Source: Promethearchaeota archaeon
GTDB taxonomy: Archaea > Asgardarchaeota > Lokiarchaeia > Sigyniarchaeales > SOKP01
Assembly (NCBI GenBank): GCA_020343655.1
Contig: CP070805.1
Location: 1,955,145 to 2,019,144 of the forward strand
Direction of reading: 5' to 3'
DNA: 64,000 nucleotides
Below the pieces are notes generated by a model that searched no databases, was not told where the DNA came from, and saw only the letters and a list, made by a program, of their open reading frames with translations. Both the position numbers and the translations under genes were made by a program. Each line of letters opens with the position of its first letter. Position 1 is the first letter of the stretch. Of this stretch, positions 40,468-50,054 are shown in pieces.

Positions 40468-42357
40468 TTGACTGAAAAAGATCAAGAACAAATTCTCCCA
40501 ACTCGTAATGTTGGATTGTTAGCTGGAATTTTATATGGAATTGGTTGTGGGATTGGAGGGTCAATATTTATTCTATTAGGTACAGCAATTGAAGAAGCTA
40601 ATTCCGGAGTTTTAATCAGTTTAATACTTGGAGGGATTTTGATTATCTTGATTGCACTTAATTATAGTGAACTTTCTACTAGCTTACCTATTTCAGGGGG
40701 TGCTTATAATTTTAGTAAAGAAGCTTTAGGAGGATTTTTAGCATTTATTATTGGATTCTTCCTATGGATTGCGAATATTGCATCATTTTCTTTTTCTGCT
40801 CAGGCATTTGCTGTAGTTATTGATGCTTTTTTTCCTTTCTCATTATTGCCCCCAATATTTCTTACAATTGCCATTATATCAATAATATTTACCGCAATTA
40901 TTGCATTTAGACCTCAAAGATTAGCAATGAGGGCTTTAATTATTTCAACAATCATTTTATTAATAATTTTTGCTATTTTTATTATTGCAGGGCTGTGGAT
41001 AGCTCCAGTTATCAATAGTCCAAGTTATAATCCGCAATTTCTTTTATCTGAAACAAACTTTTTTAGTGTGATTTCAATGTTTTCTTTAATGTTTATTTTT
41101 TTTACAAGCATTACTTCAAATTTAGCATATTTAAATGCTGATTTAAAAAATCCTTCAAAAAATATTTTAAAGGTCAATATATTCGCCATATTTATAACTT
41201 TATTTATTTACTTGTCTATAACGGTAGTAGTTTTAATCAATATTGGAAATACTTCAACTGGACTAAGCGAAACGCCCATCCTATTGGCGGTAGTATTGAG
41301 TAATATTCTTGGGTCACCTGGATTAATACTTATGGGAATTGCAGCAGCAATCTCGACACTAATAGCAATGAATGCTGCCTTAGGTTCTGCCGTAAGTATT
41401 ATGTATGCATTAGCACGAGATAATTATGTTTCAAAAAAATTGTTAAAAACTAGTAAAAAGACTAAAGTACCAACAATGATATTGATCCTAACAACATCAA
41501 TAGCTATTATTTTTACATTTTTATCAATATTATTTGCGAATATTGGATTCTCAGCAAATATAACTACATTCATTTATTTTATAGGATTAGCATTGATTAA
41601 TTATGCTGCAGTTAACTTAAGACGTAAAAGAAAGGAATTAGATCGCCCTTTTAAAGCTCCCTTTTTTCCATATCTTCCAATTGTAGTTATGTCTTTCTGT
41701 TTTATACTTGCATTATTTTTGGAGTGGACAGCAATAGTTTTAGGGGTATTTATTTTCTTTATAGGGATTACATACTATTTAGTAACAATCGCAGACCGCC
41801 ATTCGATCATTCTAACGATTGCGGGATTAAAATTTTTTGCTATAATTTTAGTTGGAATTTTTATCTGGATTATAAATAATTTGAGCGTTTTAAGTTCTCC
41901 TATACTAGGATTTACTTCAATTTTCTATGATATTTTACTACGGATTCTGATATTCATAAGTATTTTTACAATCGGTACTATTTTTTTTGATATTGTACCA
42001 TTAAAAGAATTGGTTTATTTTTTTATAAAGAGAGTAAACAAAAAAGAAGTAGCTATTGATATCGGAATTGGTCAGATTATCGAACTGAAAAAAAGTAAGG
42101 CAAAAATCATTTATTATATTAATATAATTATAGGTATTATTCAAATTTTCTCTTCAATATTTATCTTTACTCTAATCTCCTTGTTTGCACTCGATATTAT
42201 TTCAATAGAAAACATTATTTTTGGTAGTACAATTATTCCACAAGCTACAGGGGAATATTTATTATTTGGATTTTTAATTTTTCTTGGCACAATTTTATTA
42301 TTTAGTGGCCCGTTTAGTTTGTATTTAAATAAGGAAACAAAATCATTAGGAATTTAA
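40468..42357 (+). CDS. APC family amino acid permease with extra C-terminal TM segments
   Basis: GIGGSIF, YSELSTSLPISGGAY, LKNPSKN, YALARD, RPFKAP. Confidence 0.9.
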   Translation: MTEKDQEQILPTRNVGLLAGILYGIGCGIGGSIFILLGTAIEEANSGVLISLILGGILIILIALNYSELSTSLPISGGAYNFSKEALGGFLAFIIGFFLWIANIASFSFSAQAFAVVIDAFFPFSLLPPIFLTIAIISIIFTAIIAFRPQRLAMRALIISTIILLIIFAIFIIAGLWIAPVINSPSYNPQFLLSETNFFSVISMFSLMFIFFTSITSNLAYLNADLKNPSKNILKVNIFAIFITLFIYLSITVVVLINIGNTSTGLSETPILLAVVLSNILGSPGLILMGIAAAISTLIAMNAALGSAVSIMYALARDNYVSKKLLKTSKKTKVPTMILILTTSIAIIFTFLSILFANIGFSANITTFIYFIGLALINYAAVNLRRKRKELDRPFKAPFFPYLPIVVMSFCFILALFLEWTAIVLGVFIFFIGITYYLVTIADRHSIILTIAGLKFFAIILVGIFIWIINNLSVLSSPILGFTSIFYDILLRILIFISIFTIGTIFFDIVPLKELVYFFIKRVNKKEVAIDIGIGQIIELKKSKAKIIYYINIIIGIIQIFSSIFIFTLISLFALDIISIENIIFGSTIIPQATGEYLLFGFLIFLGTILLFSGPFSLYLNKETKSLGI

Positions 42358-42383
42358 AAAATATTATTTTTTTTCTATATAGT

Positions 42384-43118
42384 ATGCTGTTTCCAAAAAT
42401 GAATCTGCATATTCATTCGAATTATTCTGATGGAAGACAAACAATCACACAAATTGTAAAAAGTGCAATTAAACTCGAATTAGATTATATTGCGATAACT
42501 GATCATTTTACTAACTCATGGAAAGCGTGGGTTTCTACTTTAAATAATTATGAAACCATTTCAGCATATTTAGAAGAAATTTCAGATTGCCAAAAATATT
42601 TAACAAAATCTAATAAACAATTATCACTTCTAAAAGGAATTGAAGTTGATTTAGGAAGTTCTGAGCGATTTATTAGAAATTATATACAAATAGACAAATT
42701 TGACTTGATTTTATTTGAGTATCTTGAAAATTATGAATCTATTGCTTTTATTAGAAATATAATATATTATTGGAAAAACAAATTAACTGATTTTAACAAA
42801 TTTCCAGTTTTAGGCTTAGCGCATTTTGATCCTTCTTACTTCTTAACGGGAAATCTTGAGATTCTAATGAGATTTCTTAAAAAAAATAATATCTATTTCG
42901 AATTTAACTCTAGTTATCCATTATTTTATTCTCGTAAAAATGAATTCTTTTTTAAAAAATTAAAGGAATACCAGATCCCTGTTGCAATAGGCTGTGATTC
43001 TCATAGACTTTCAAATTTGAATGATATTGAAGAACCTATGGAAATGATAAAATATTATAATCTTGAGATAAATTTTGAGATTCTACTAAATACTTTAAAA
43101 TTCTTAGAGTTAGGGTAA
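42384..43118 (+). CDS. PHP domain phosphoesterase
   Basis: HIHSNYSDG, ITDH, GIE, AH, GCDSH. Confidence 0.9.
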   Translation: MLFPKMNLHIHSNYSDGRQTITQIVKSAIKLELDYIAITDHFTNSWKAWVSTLNNYETISAYLEEISDCQKYLTKSNKQLSLLKGIEVDLGSSERFIRNYIQIDKFDLILFEYLENYESIAFIRNIIYYWKNKLTDFNKFPVLGLAHFDPSYFLTGNLEILMRFLKKNNIYFEFNSSYPLFYSRKNEFFFKKLKEYQIPVAIGCDSHRLSNLNDIEEPMEMIKYYNLEINFEILLNTLKFLELG

Positions 43119-43210
43119 TTTATACGATCTTTAAGAATTATTTTTGCTAGAATAGCTAAGGAAAAGTTTGAAAGCCTTTTCAAAAAATTTTAATTTTTAA
43201 AAAAATTTGA

Positions 43211-44020
43211 ATGAAAGTAATTAACAAAAATCTTTTAAACCGTACTTTTTTTATGTCTTTTATGGATTTAGAAGAAAAAATTAATCTTGCTGCCAAATGG
43301 ATAGCTGAATCAGAACGGTTAGTAGTCTTCACTGGTGCAGGTTGCTCAACAGGTAGTGGGCTACCTGATTATAGGGGTCCAAATGGTGTGTGGACCAGAC
43401 GCGATAAGGGACTACCACCCCCTAAACCAAAAGTTGCATGGGATCAAGTAAAACCAAATCCTAACCATTTTGCAATTGTGGAGTTAATGGAGATGGGAAA
43501 GTTGAATTATATCATTTCCCAAAATGTGGATGGTTTGCACGCTAAATCGGGAATACCTTTTGATATGCTAGCTGAACTTCATGGGAATCAGTTTTTCATG
43601 AAATGTTTATCATGTAATAAAAAAATGTTATTCGAAGAAGTTGGTTGGGATAAAGAAAAATGGGGACCAGGATATCGGACACACCCTACTCGAGATGGTC
43701 AGCCAACATGTCCACATTGTGAAGGGCGCTTGATTTCGAGTATTGTAAATTTCGGTGATCCTCTTCCTTATGATGAGCTTCAAGAATCAATCATACGATC
43801 TGAGAATGCTGATGTTTTTTTTGTAGTTGGCTCATCTTTAGTAGTTACACCTGCTGCTAATATGCCAGGAATCGCAAAACAAAATGGTGCTAAATTGATT
43901 CTTATTAATAAGGGTGATACACCCTATGATCATGTAACCGATATAAGATTCGATAATTTGATTGAAGATGTACTCCCACCAATAATGGAAAAATTAAGAG
44001 AATTGTTAAAAAGTAGTTAA
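43211..44020 (+). CDS. Sir2-family NAD-dependent deacylase (class IV / SIRT6-like motifs)
   Basis: GAGCSTGSGLPDYRGPNGVWT, SQNVDGLH, LAELHGN, CxxC..CxxC, GSSLVV, INKGDT; true start probably ATG 43262. Confidence 0.93.
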   Translation: MKVINKNLLNRTFFMSFMDLEEKINLAAKWIAESERLVVFTGAGCSTGSGLPDYRGPNGVWTRRDKGLPPPKPKVAWDQVKPNPNHFAIVELMEMGKLNYIISQNVDGLHAKSGIPFDMLAELHGNQFFMKCLSCNKKMLFEEVGWDKEKWGPGYRTHPTRDGQPTCPHCEGRLISSIVNFGDPLPYDELQESIIRSENADVFFVVGSSLVVTPAANMPGIAKQNGAKLILINKGDTPYDHVTDIRFDNLIEDVLPPIMEKLRELLKSS

Positions 44021-44066
44021 TCTACTATGATTTCTTGCTTTAATAATTAACGAGATTAATATTGGA

Positions 44067-45731
44067 TTATTTTAATTTTCCATAAATATCTTTGTTATTA
44101 TTTAATTCTTTTAATATCTTTTTAGCTTCCTTATTTGAAAGTGAAAGAGAAATATCGCTATTACGACTTAAAGAACCTGTAAAAATCTGTTGATTATCTG
44201 CGAAGATAACAATATTTTGACTAGAAAATTCAGGATTTGCTCTGATAATGATTTTTTGTTTTTTTATCTCAATATCCAAATTGATCCTCTCATCTTTCTT
44301 CTTTCTACTTGATTGAAATCCTTTTGTTCTTGCTTGATATTTAGAACTGATAGGATTCACAACAACATCATTACCAAAGTTATAAATCTCAAATTCAAGC
44401 CTATCATTCTTAAAATCCCTTACCTCCACCACTGGTCGCGCTAAATCCTTATCTCTAAATCCATGGGGCACTTTAACAGTCATTTTTAATATCAAAACTG
44501 TTGAAATATCTCCACCTTCAATGAAGATAATTGTATCTATAATTGATGGAAGCATTCCAAGCTCTATTCGGCCTATAAATCTTTGAATTGCGTCTATTGC
44601 TGAAGATGAATGAACTACACCAACCATCCCAACTCCAGATAAACGAAAATCTGAATAAATTTGGAAATCTTTTGTAGTCCTCACTTCATCAAAAATTGTA
44701 AAATCTGGTCTTACAAGCAAAAGTATATCTGCTGAATTCTCAAGATTGCCTTCCAATTTAGTGTATTGAGTTATTTCGGGTTCAACTTGTAAATCTCTTA
44801 CACTTTCAAGTGTTTTAATTACTTTATCTTGCTTCAAGTAATAATTTGCTAGTGCTGCTGAAAAGGTAGATTTTCCCGCTCCTGGTGATCCACATACTAA
44901 AATTCCCTCCGCTTTTTGTAACCTCTCTTTAAGTCTTGGATCAATGGAATAATCTGATAAGGTTAAACTTACAAGAGGGCGAGTGACGGTAATTTCTACA
45001 TCATTAGAGAAAGGGGGTCTAGCAATAACGATCCTAAATTCCCGCAATTGAGCAACCACAGCACCTTCTTTTTCTATTTCTATAAATGAGTGCTCATCTT
45101 CTCGTACATTTTCTATTATCTCTAATGCGATATCTTCAATCATTTGAGAATTCAATGATTCATCTTGGATTTTTTCGAGCCTCCAATTTCCAGGAGATCC
45201 TTTTTTTGCATATGGTGATAAATTCCGCTTTAGGTGAACGCTCATTGTTGAGTCATCAAAAAACTCTAATAGTTTTAAAGAAAGGGGTTCTTTTTCTTTT
45301 GAGATTTTTTTCTCCCAGGCATACATCACATCTAATCCTTCAAAAATGGCTACATCTCCTTGTATACGATCTGCGGTTATAAGCACAGCGTTATTTTGTT
45401 TCGCAGATTCTCTTATTAAGGCATCAAGTTCCCCTCCAGGTGCCATTTTTATTTCTTCTCTTGTTGGTCTTTTCCCTATAACATGAAGAGTGATCACACT
45501 TTCATTATGGAGCTGTCTCAGCTGCTTTAAAACATTTAATCCGAAGAAACCAATTTCCTTATGAATATTCGTTCTATATTCAACTTCTGCGATAACTATG
45601 TTTGAGATAAAAATTTCTGGTTTTTCTCCTAATTCTCCATCTTCAATCAAGTTAAGGATCTGACCGTTAAAAATAATAGACGTATCACACGCAAATTTAT
45701 CTGACATTATTCTCTTCGTCTCTCCTTCCAT
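44067..45731 (-). CDS. PINA-type ATPase (PIN domain plus P-loop ATPase)
   Basis: DTS PIN start, GSPGAGKST, RPDFTIFDEVR, SGVGMVGVVH; likely start ATG 45707. Confidence 0.9.
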   Translation of the reverse strand: MEGETKRIMSDKFACDTSIIFNGQILNLIEDGELGEKPEIFISNIVIAEVEYRTNIHKEIGFFGLNVLKQLRQLHNESVITLHVIGKRPTREEIKMAPGGELDALIRESAKQNNAVLITADRIQGDVAIFEGLDVMYAWEKKISKEKEPLSLKLLEFFDDSTMSVHLKRNLSPYAKKGSPGNWRLEKIQDESLNSQMIEDIALEIIENVREDEHSFIEIEKEGAVVAQLREFRIVIARPPFSNDVEITVTRPLVSLTLSDYSIDPRLKERLQKAEGILVCGSPGAGKSTFSAALANYYLKQDKVIKTLESVRDLQVEPEITQYTKLEGNLENSADILLLVRPDFTIFDEVRTTKDFQIYSDFRLSGVGMVGVVHSSSAIDAIQRFIGRIELGMLPSIIDTIIFIEGGDISTVLILKMTVKVPHGFRDKDLARPVVEVRDFKNDRLEFEIYNFGNDVVVNPISSKYQARTKGFQSSRKKKDERINLDIEIKKQKIIIRANPEFSSQNIVIFADNQQIFTGSLSRNSDISLSLSNKEAKKILKELNNNKDIYGKLK

Positions 45732-46326
45732 TATATTCTTCTTTATTTAAAATCTGAAACTTTTTAACGCTGTAGTAAATGGGTTTACTCAATCTATCAA
45801 CTGTTGCTACAATTAAATCCTTTCGAGAACTCATAGCAACTCTGGACATTTTATCCAAATCTCTTAATTCAATAGGGTTCCCCTCAAATACTGGAAATAT
45901 TAAAAACCTTGCTGAATCTTTTTCAAAATCAGCCCCCCTCTTATATACGCGAAAATCTAAACCATTACCATACCCAGTGCGAACGATATACCCTCTTTTT
46001 CTTAAATCCATGTAAACTATGTATTTATGAAACAGCTTTTCATCAAATTGGGTAAAATATGTTAATAAACTCTCAAAATCGTATAATTTTTTATTCTTAT
46101 CGTTATCTTCCCATAATAATATTCTATTCCTTTCACATAACAATAAAACTTCAATGGAGTCAATGATTAGGACTTCTTGTCCTTTACTATTTTTCTCAAC
46201 TGAACCTATATATGAAGTATTATAAAATTCTTCAATTCCCTTTATATCAGTAATAATAACTTTATCATTTTCAATTATTCCTTCTAATTGAACTTTCTCA
46301 GGTTTCTCAGTTAAATCTTCCGTCAT
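45697..46326 (-). CDS. endA: tRNA-intron endonuclease subunit
   Basis: IEVLLL, YIVYMDLRKRGYIVRTGYGNGLDFRVY, RVAMSSRKDLIVA. Confidence 0.85.
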   Translation of the reverse strand: MTEDLTEKPEKVQLEGIIENDKVIITDIKGIEEFYNTSYIGSVEKNSKGQEVLIIDSIEVLLLCERNRILLWEDNDKNKKLYDFESLLTYFTQFDEKLFHKYIVYMDLRKRGYIVRTGYGNGLDFRVYKRGADFEKDSARFLIFPVFEGNPIELRDLDKMSRVAMSSRKDLIVATVDRLSKPIYYSVKKFQILNKEEYNGRRDEENNVR

Positions 46327-46380
46327 ATAATATTAAATATGAATTAATTATAATTAATGAATTTATCCATCTACTTTTCT

Positions 46381-46500
46381 CTAATGAACGTTTTTTAATT
46401 TTCCATTTAATTCCCCTTTAAAATATCCTATATCTAAATGATTTATAATCTCATGGAAATTTCCTTTAGAAATGGGCTCTTCCTCTTCTTTTTTATCCAA
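46381..46500 (-). pseudogene. Possible truncated PAS-domain gene remnant (39 codons)
   Basis: TTG 46500 to TAG 46381: MDKKEEEEPISKGNFHEIINHLDIGYFKGELNGKLKNVH, resembling the start of a PAS domain. Confidence 0.3.
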
Positions 46501-46578
46501 ATTTTATTGCCTTTTTTATTATTGGAGGTTAATTTTAGTGAGAATTGAATTTCGATTTTCCTAATTTAGTTAATTATT

Positions 46579-47211
46579 ATGCATTTTTTTTTTTGTCAAA
46601 TTTTACATTGGTGTTTTAAAATATTAATGATTTATGTAATTATGGAAGAGATGCTTAACACACTATTATTTAAGTTAAAGGGGGCAATAAAAGTTGTTTT
46701 TATGGGTATTGGAGAAGAAAAATTAAGTGATGATGGATTTGGACCTTATATAATAAGCGAACTCCTAAAATATTCGAATGAGAAATACCTATTTATAAAT
46801 GCCGGCATTGATCCTATGAGTAGAATTGATGATGTTATTACTTTTCAAGCATCACATCTAATATTTTTAGATACCTGTACTTTAAACAAACCTCCTGGCA
46901 CTGTTGCTATAATTGAACGGGAAAGTATTAAAGAATACGTGCCAATCTCATCACATACAATCCCAATTCATATAGTTGTTGATTTATTAGTTGAAAAATT
47001 ACCAAATTTAAAGGTTTTTATGATTGGGATTGTGCCAGAAAGCCTTGAAGGATTCTCTGAGCTAGTTTTATATAAAAAGGATAAACTTTCACTCGAAGAG
47101 CGAAGTGAGAATAAAGATCTTCCATTTTTTGAATTTAATCTCACAGATACTATTAAAAATGTAGCAGATGAGATTATTGAGATTATTGAAAAAATAATAC
47201 AGAACCTATGA
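46579..47211 (+). CDS. Hydrogenase maturation protease (HycI-like)
   Basis: GIGEEKLSDDGFG, FLD, SSHTIP, IGIVP; true start probably ATG 46642. Confidence 0.85.
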   Translation: MHFFFCQILHWCFKILMIYVIMEEMLNTLLFKLKGAIKVVFMGIGEEKLSDDGFGPYIISELLKYSNEKYLFINAGIDPMSRIDDVITFQASHLIFLDTCTLNKPPGTVAIIERESIKEYVPISSHTIPIHIVVDLLVEKLPNLKVFMIGIVPESLEGFSELVLYKKDKLSLEERSENKDLPFFEFNLTDTIKNVADEIIEIIEKIIQNL

Positions 47212-47215
47212 AAAT

Positions 47216-47416
47216 CTATTCTTTCTTCTGCGAAATTTTAGAAATATAATCTGTAATTATATCAATTGCTTTAGATATATTTTTCTGTTCATCAGAATTT
47301 AAATCTTCTTTAAGATTTTCTAAAAACGCCGTAACTCTATCTGCTTCCCTTAGCTTTCTAATATAATCAGAGCCATTTTTATTAAGTGATCCTCCCCATG
47401 CCATATTAAACACCAC
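47216..47416 (-). CDS. Small hypothetical protein
   Basis: 66-aa ORF with protein-like helical composition; likely start ATG 47404 (MAWGG). Confidence 0.55.
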   Translation of the reverse strand: MVFNMAWGGSLNKNGSDYIRKLREADRVTAFLENLKEDLNSDEQKNISKAIDIITDYISKISQKKE

Positions 47417-47566
47417 ATTTCAATAGAAAAGCATATAATAGTTAAGAATAAACAATAATTATTTAATTGATTCTTTTGAATAAGTAAGTTTAAATCTTAG
47501 CTTTTAATTTGAAACTAATAATAAAAATTTGTGGAAAAGTGGAATATTATTATTTTTTAGCAAAAA

Positions 47567-47584
47567 TGAATGAAGATTCATTCA
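47567..47584. promoter_or_regulatory. 18-bp palindrome TGAATGAAGATTCATTCA
   Basis: 8-2-8 inverted repeat in the divergent intergenic region upstream of the second FabK-like gene. Confidence 0.65.
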
Positions 47585-47830
47585 GTAATGATCTATAACG
47601 ATACTTCACAAATCCTAAAGGAAAAACCTTGAATTAGTTGTTTAATAAAAAAGAAACGAATTTTTAATAACAGCTTTGATAAAATAATACTTTTAATATT
47701 GTGTTTTCAAGTAAAAGTTTTATAAATAAACCTTTGATAAAAATAACTAATCATTTGATCTTATAATTAAAGGTTTGATCCATCAAATCTTTTGATTTAA
47801 ATTTATCAGATGAGAAAAAAGTGATTTAGA

Positions 47831-48883
47831 ATGGTAATCGAAACGAATATTACAAAAATGTTAGGGATTAAGCATCCGATACTAAGTGCTCCTATGGGAC
47901 CATTTTATACTACTAAATTAACAGTTGCGGTATCAGAAGCGGGTGGTTTAGGTGTTTTAAGTCATGTTACCTTACATGGAACTATAACTATAGATGAAAT
48001 GAAAAAAAGTATGGAATATGTTGTTGAATATACTGATAAGCCTTTCGGTTTTAACATTAGAACAGCTAGATTACAACCAGACGCTATTAAACTTTGTAGG
48101 CAACTTCCGAGGTTTATTATGGAAAATCCAAAAATAAGAGAACAATGTGTCTATTTACTTACTAGCGCAGGGTCTCCAAGGATGATATATAACAAACATT
48201 TTGAAAAACTAAGAGAAAGTGGTTCAAATATAAAGCATTTCCATGTAGCTCCGACAGTGTATTTGGCTGAAAAGTTGGTTAATAGTGGTATTGATGGGCT
48301 TGTTGTTACCGGAACCGAAGGTGGAGGTCATCAATCTTATGATAATGTAAGTACTCTAGTCTTATTACAACAGATAAGAAAAAAATTACCGGATCTTCCC
48401 ATAATTGCTTCTGGAGGTTATGCCACGGGTGAAGGGCTAGCTTCTGCATTATCTATGGGTGCAGGAGCTATCGCAATGGGATCTAGGTTTATATCTTCCA
48501 AAGAATGTGAATTTCACGAGAATTATAAAAAAATAGTAGTTAATTCAGATGCTTCAGATACTGAGCTTAAAACAGGGATTTTTGGACCTGCAAGAGTATG
48601 GAAGAATAAAATGGCCGAAAAACACGATCTTGTAGCAAGTAAAGAAGAAAAACAAGCTGGAGAGATTTCGATGGCAAAAGTTGAAAAAGAATTAGCTGAA
48701 TTAGAAAGAACTTATGAAGGAAACATTGAGGAAGGAATAGCCTATTTAGGACAAAGTGTTGGATTAATAAATAGTATAGAAAGTGTCTCAGAAATAATAA
48801 ATACTATAGTTGTTGATGCTGAACAATGCTTAAAAGCAGCCTATAATACAATTAAGAAAATTTCTATAGAACAAATAATTTAA
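47831..48883 (+). CDS. Nitronate monooxygenase / FabK-like FMN oxidoreductase (paralog of 34044..35081)
   Basis: Same motifs; shares long identical blocks such as ETNITKMLGIKHPI, APMGPFYT, ESGSNIKHFHVAP. Confidence 0.9.
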   Translation: MVIETNITKMLGIKHPILSAPMGPFYTTKLTVAVSEAGGLGVLSHVTLHGTITIDEMKKSMEYVVEYTDKPFGFNIRTARLQPDAIKLCRQLPRFIMENPKIREQCVYLLTSAGSPRMIYNKHFEKLRESGSNIKHFHVAPTVYLAEKLVNSGIDGLVVTGTEGGGHQSYDNVSTLVLLQQIRKKLPDLPIIASGGYATGEGLASALSMGAGAIAMGSRFISSKECEFHENYKKIVVNSDASDTELKTGIFGPARVWKNKMAEKHDLVASKEEKQAGEISMAKVEKELAELERTYEGNIEEGIAYLGQSVGLINSIESVSEIINTIVVDAEQCLKAAYNTIKKISIEQII

Positions 48884-49179
48884 AATTCATTTTTATTGTA
48901 AATATCTTTTTTTAACTTATAATATTGTTAATGTTAATATTGTTAAATTCGATAATAGAACAATCTCAATTTTAGTATTAAACAGATAATAACAATATAA
49001 ATATTCAAATTATACAGATATTTCTATTGAAAATATTATTTGGAATTAAATAAATTTCAAAATAAAATTTCAAAAATAACTTATAAAATAAGTTAGTTGA
49101 TAAGACGTATCTGCTATTTAGATTAAATAAGAATATATTATAATAATTAAGAAAGACTTGCAACGTTAAAAGGGCTAAA

Positions 49180-49605
49180 ATGATCCAAGAATTAATGATA
49201 ATTAATCAAGCAGGAATAGCTTTATTTTATCATGATTTTTTGAATAACAATAGATTAGATGATGAACAATCCCTAGCTAGCTATTTTGATATAATTTGCC
49301 GGTTTACAAAACGAGAATTTAAAGAAAGCCTGAAAATGTTAACGTTAGATAGTTTTATCTTTTTCTTTTTTAACCACAGCTCTGGTTTTCATTTAGTTCT
49401 TAAATGCGATAATAAAGATATTGATAAAAGACAGCTAGAATCCTTTTCTGAAACCATAATTGATGACTTCTTACTAAGATATAAAGGTATACTAAAAGAT
49501 TTTAATGGAGAAATTTCTCAATTTAAATCTTATTCCACTTATATTATACAATTTCTTGATACTAAATTCAAGAATTTCAAGAAGACTCGTTATATAGAAC
49601 TCTAA
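49180..49605 (+). CDS. Longin-like domain protein
   Basis: MIQELMIINQAGIALFYHDF start, LASYFDIICRF helix, FNGEISQF end. Confidence 0.65.
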   Translation: MIQELMIINQAGIALFYHDFLNNNRLDDEQSLASYFDIICRFTKREFKESLKMLTLDSFIFFFFNHSSGFHLVLKCDNKDIDKRQLESFSETIIDDFLLRYKGILKDFNGEISQFKSYSTYIIQFLDTKFKNFKKTRYIEL

Positions 49606-49698
49606 TAAAAATATTAGCAAAAAAAAAATAAGAGAAAAATTAGTCGGCTTTTTCTCCTTACAACCCCGTGATAAATACGTCTCTACTTAATGGATTAC

Positions 49699-49953
49699 TT
49701 AAACTCCGCCTGCTTGTGTAGCCATTACTGTTATTACGTCCTTTTTTGGATGAATTCCGATCTTCGAGAATTTTAGTTGGTCAGGTAAAACTTTTCCTTT
49801 GAATATAAATTGTATTGCTAATATTGGATTTAATTTATACTCACGCTGTACAGTTTTTTTAATTTCTGCTATTGAGTTGTTTGGATCTAATTCGATAAGT
49901 TTGATGGCTTGATCTGGGGGGACTCCGGTTAACCTAAACCTATATTGGGTAAT
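49699..49953 (-). CDS. Ubiquitin-like (beta-grasp) protein ending GG-V; probable ATT start
   Basis: 84 aa: (M)TQYRFRLTGVPPDQAIKLIELDPNNSIAEIKKTVQREYKLNPILAIQFIFKGKVLPDQLKFSKIGIHPKKDVITVMATQAGGV; GGGTGTGAT 5 nt upstream; in-frame stops just before. Absent from ORF track. Confidence 0.88.
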   Translation of the reverse strand: MTQYRFRLTGVPPDQAIKLIELDPNNSIAEIKKTVQREYKLNPILAIQFIFKGKVLPDQLKFSKIGIHPKKDVITVMATQAGGV

Positions 49954-50054
49954 TGTTTATCACACCCTTTTTATAATTTCTAAATTGATTTTTTTAAATA
50001 TTAATTATCAAATTTATTAATTAAGGATTTTCGTTCAACAAACCGAACTTTAGT

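Noticed and set aside
43211-44020. Sirtuin as a Thoeris/DSR-type defence NADase partnering the TIR
   Set aside because: It has the Zn-binding module and motifs of a protein deacylase, and is 10 kb from the TIR among housekeeping genes.
45697-45731. 35-bp overlap between endA and the PINA gene
   Set aside because: The PIN domain starts at the second Met (ATG 45707), leaving an ordinary short operon overlap.
46579-47211. Orphan hydrogenase maturation protease as a novel system
   Set aside because: Maturation proteases are often encoded away from hydrogenase operons in archaea; nothing here points to a new substrate.
48900-49100. Short AT-rich repeats (AATATTGTTAA, AAATTTCAAAATA)
   Set aside because: Two copies each, low complexity, no spacer pattern; not CRISPR and expected at this AT content.
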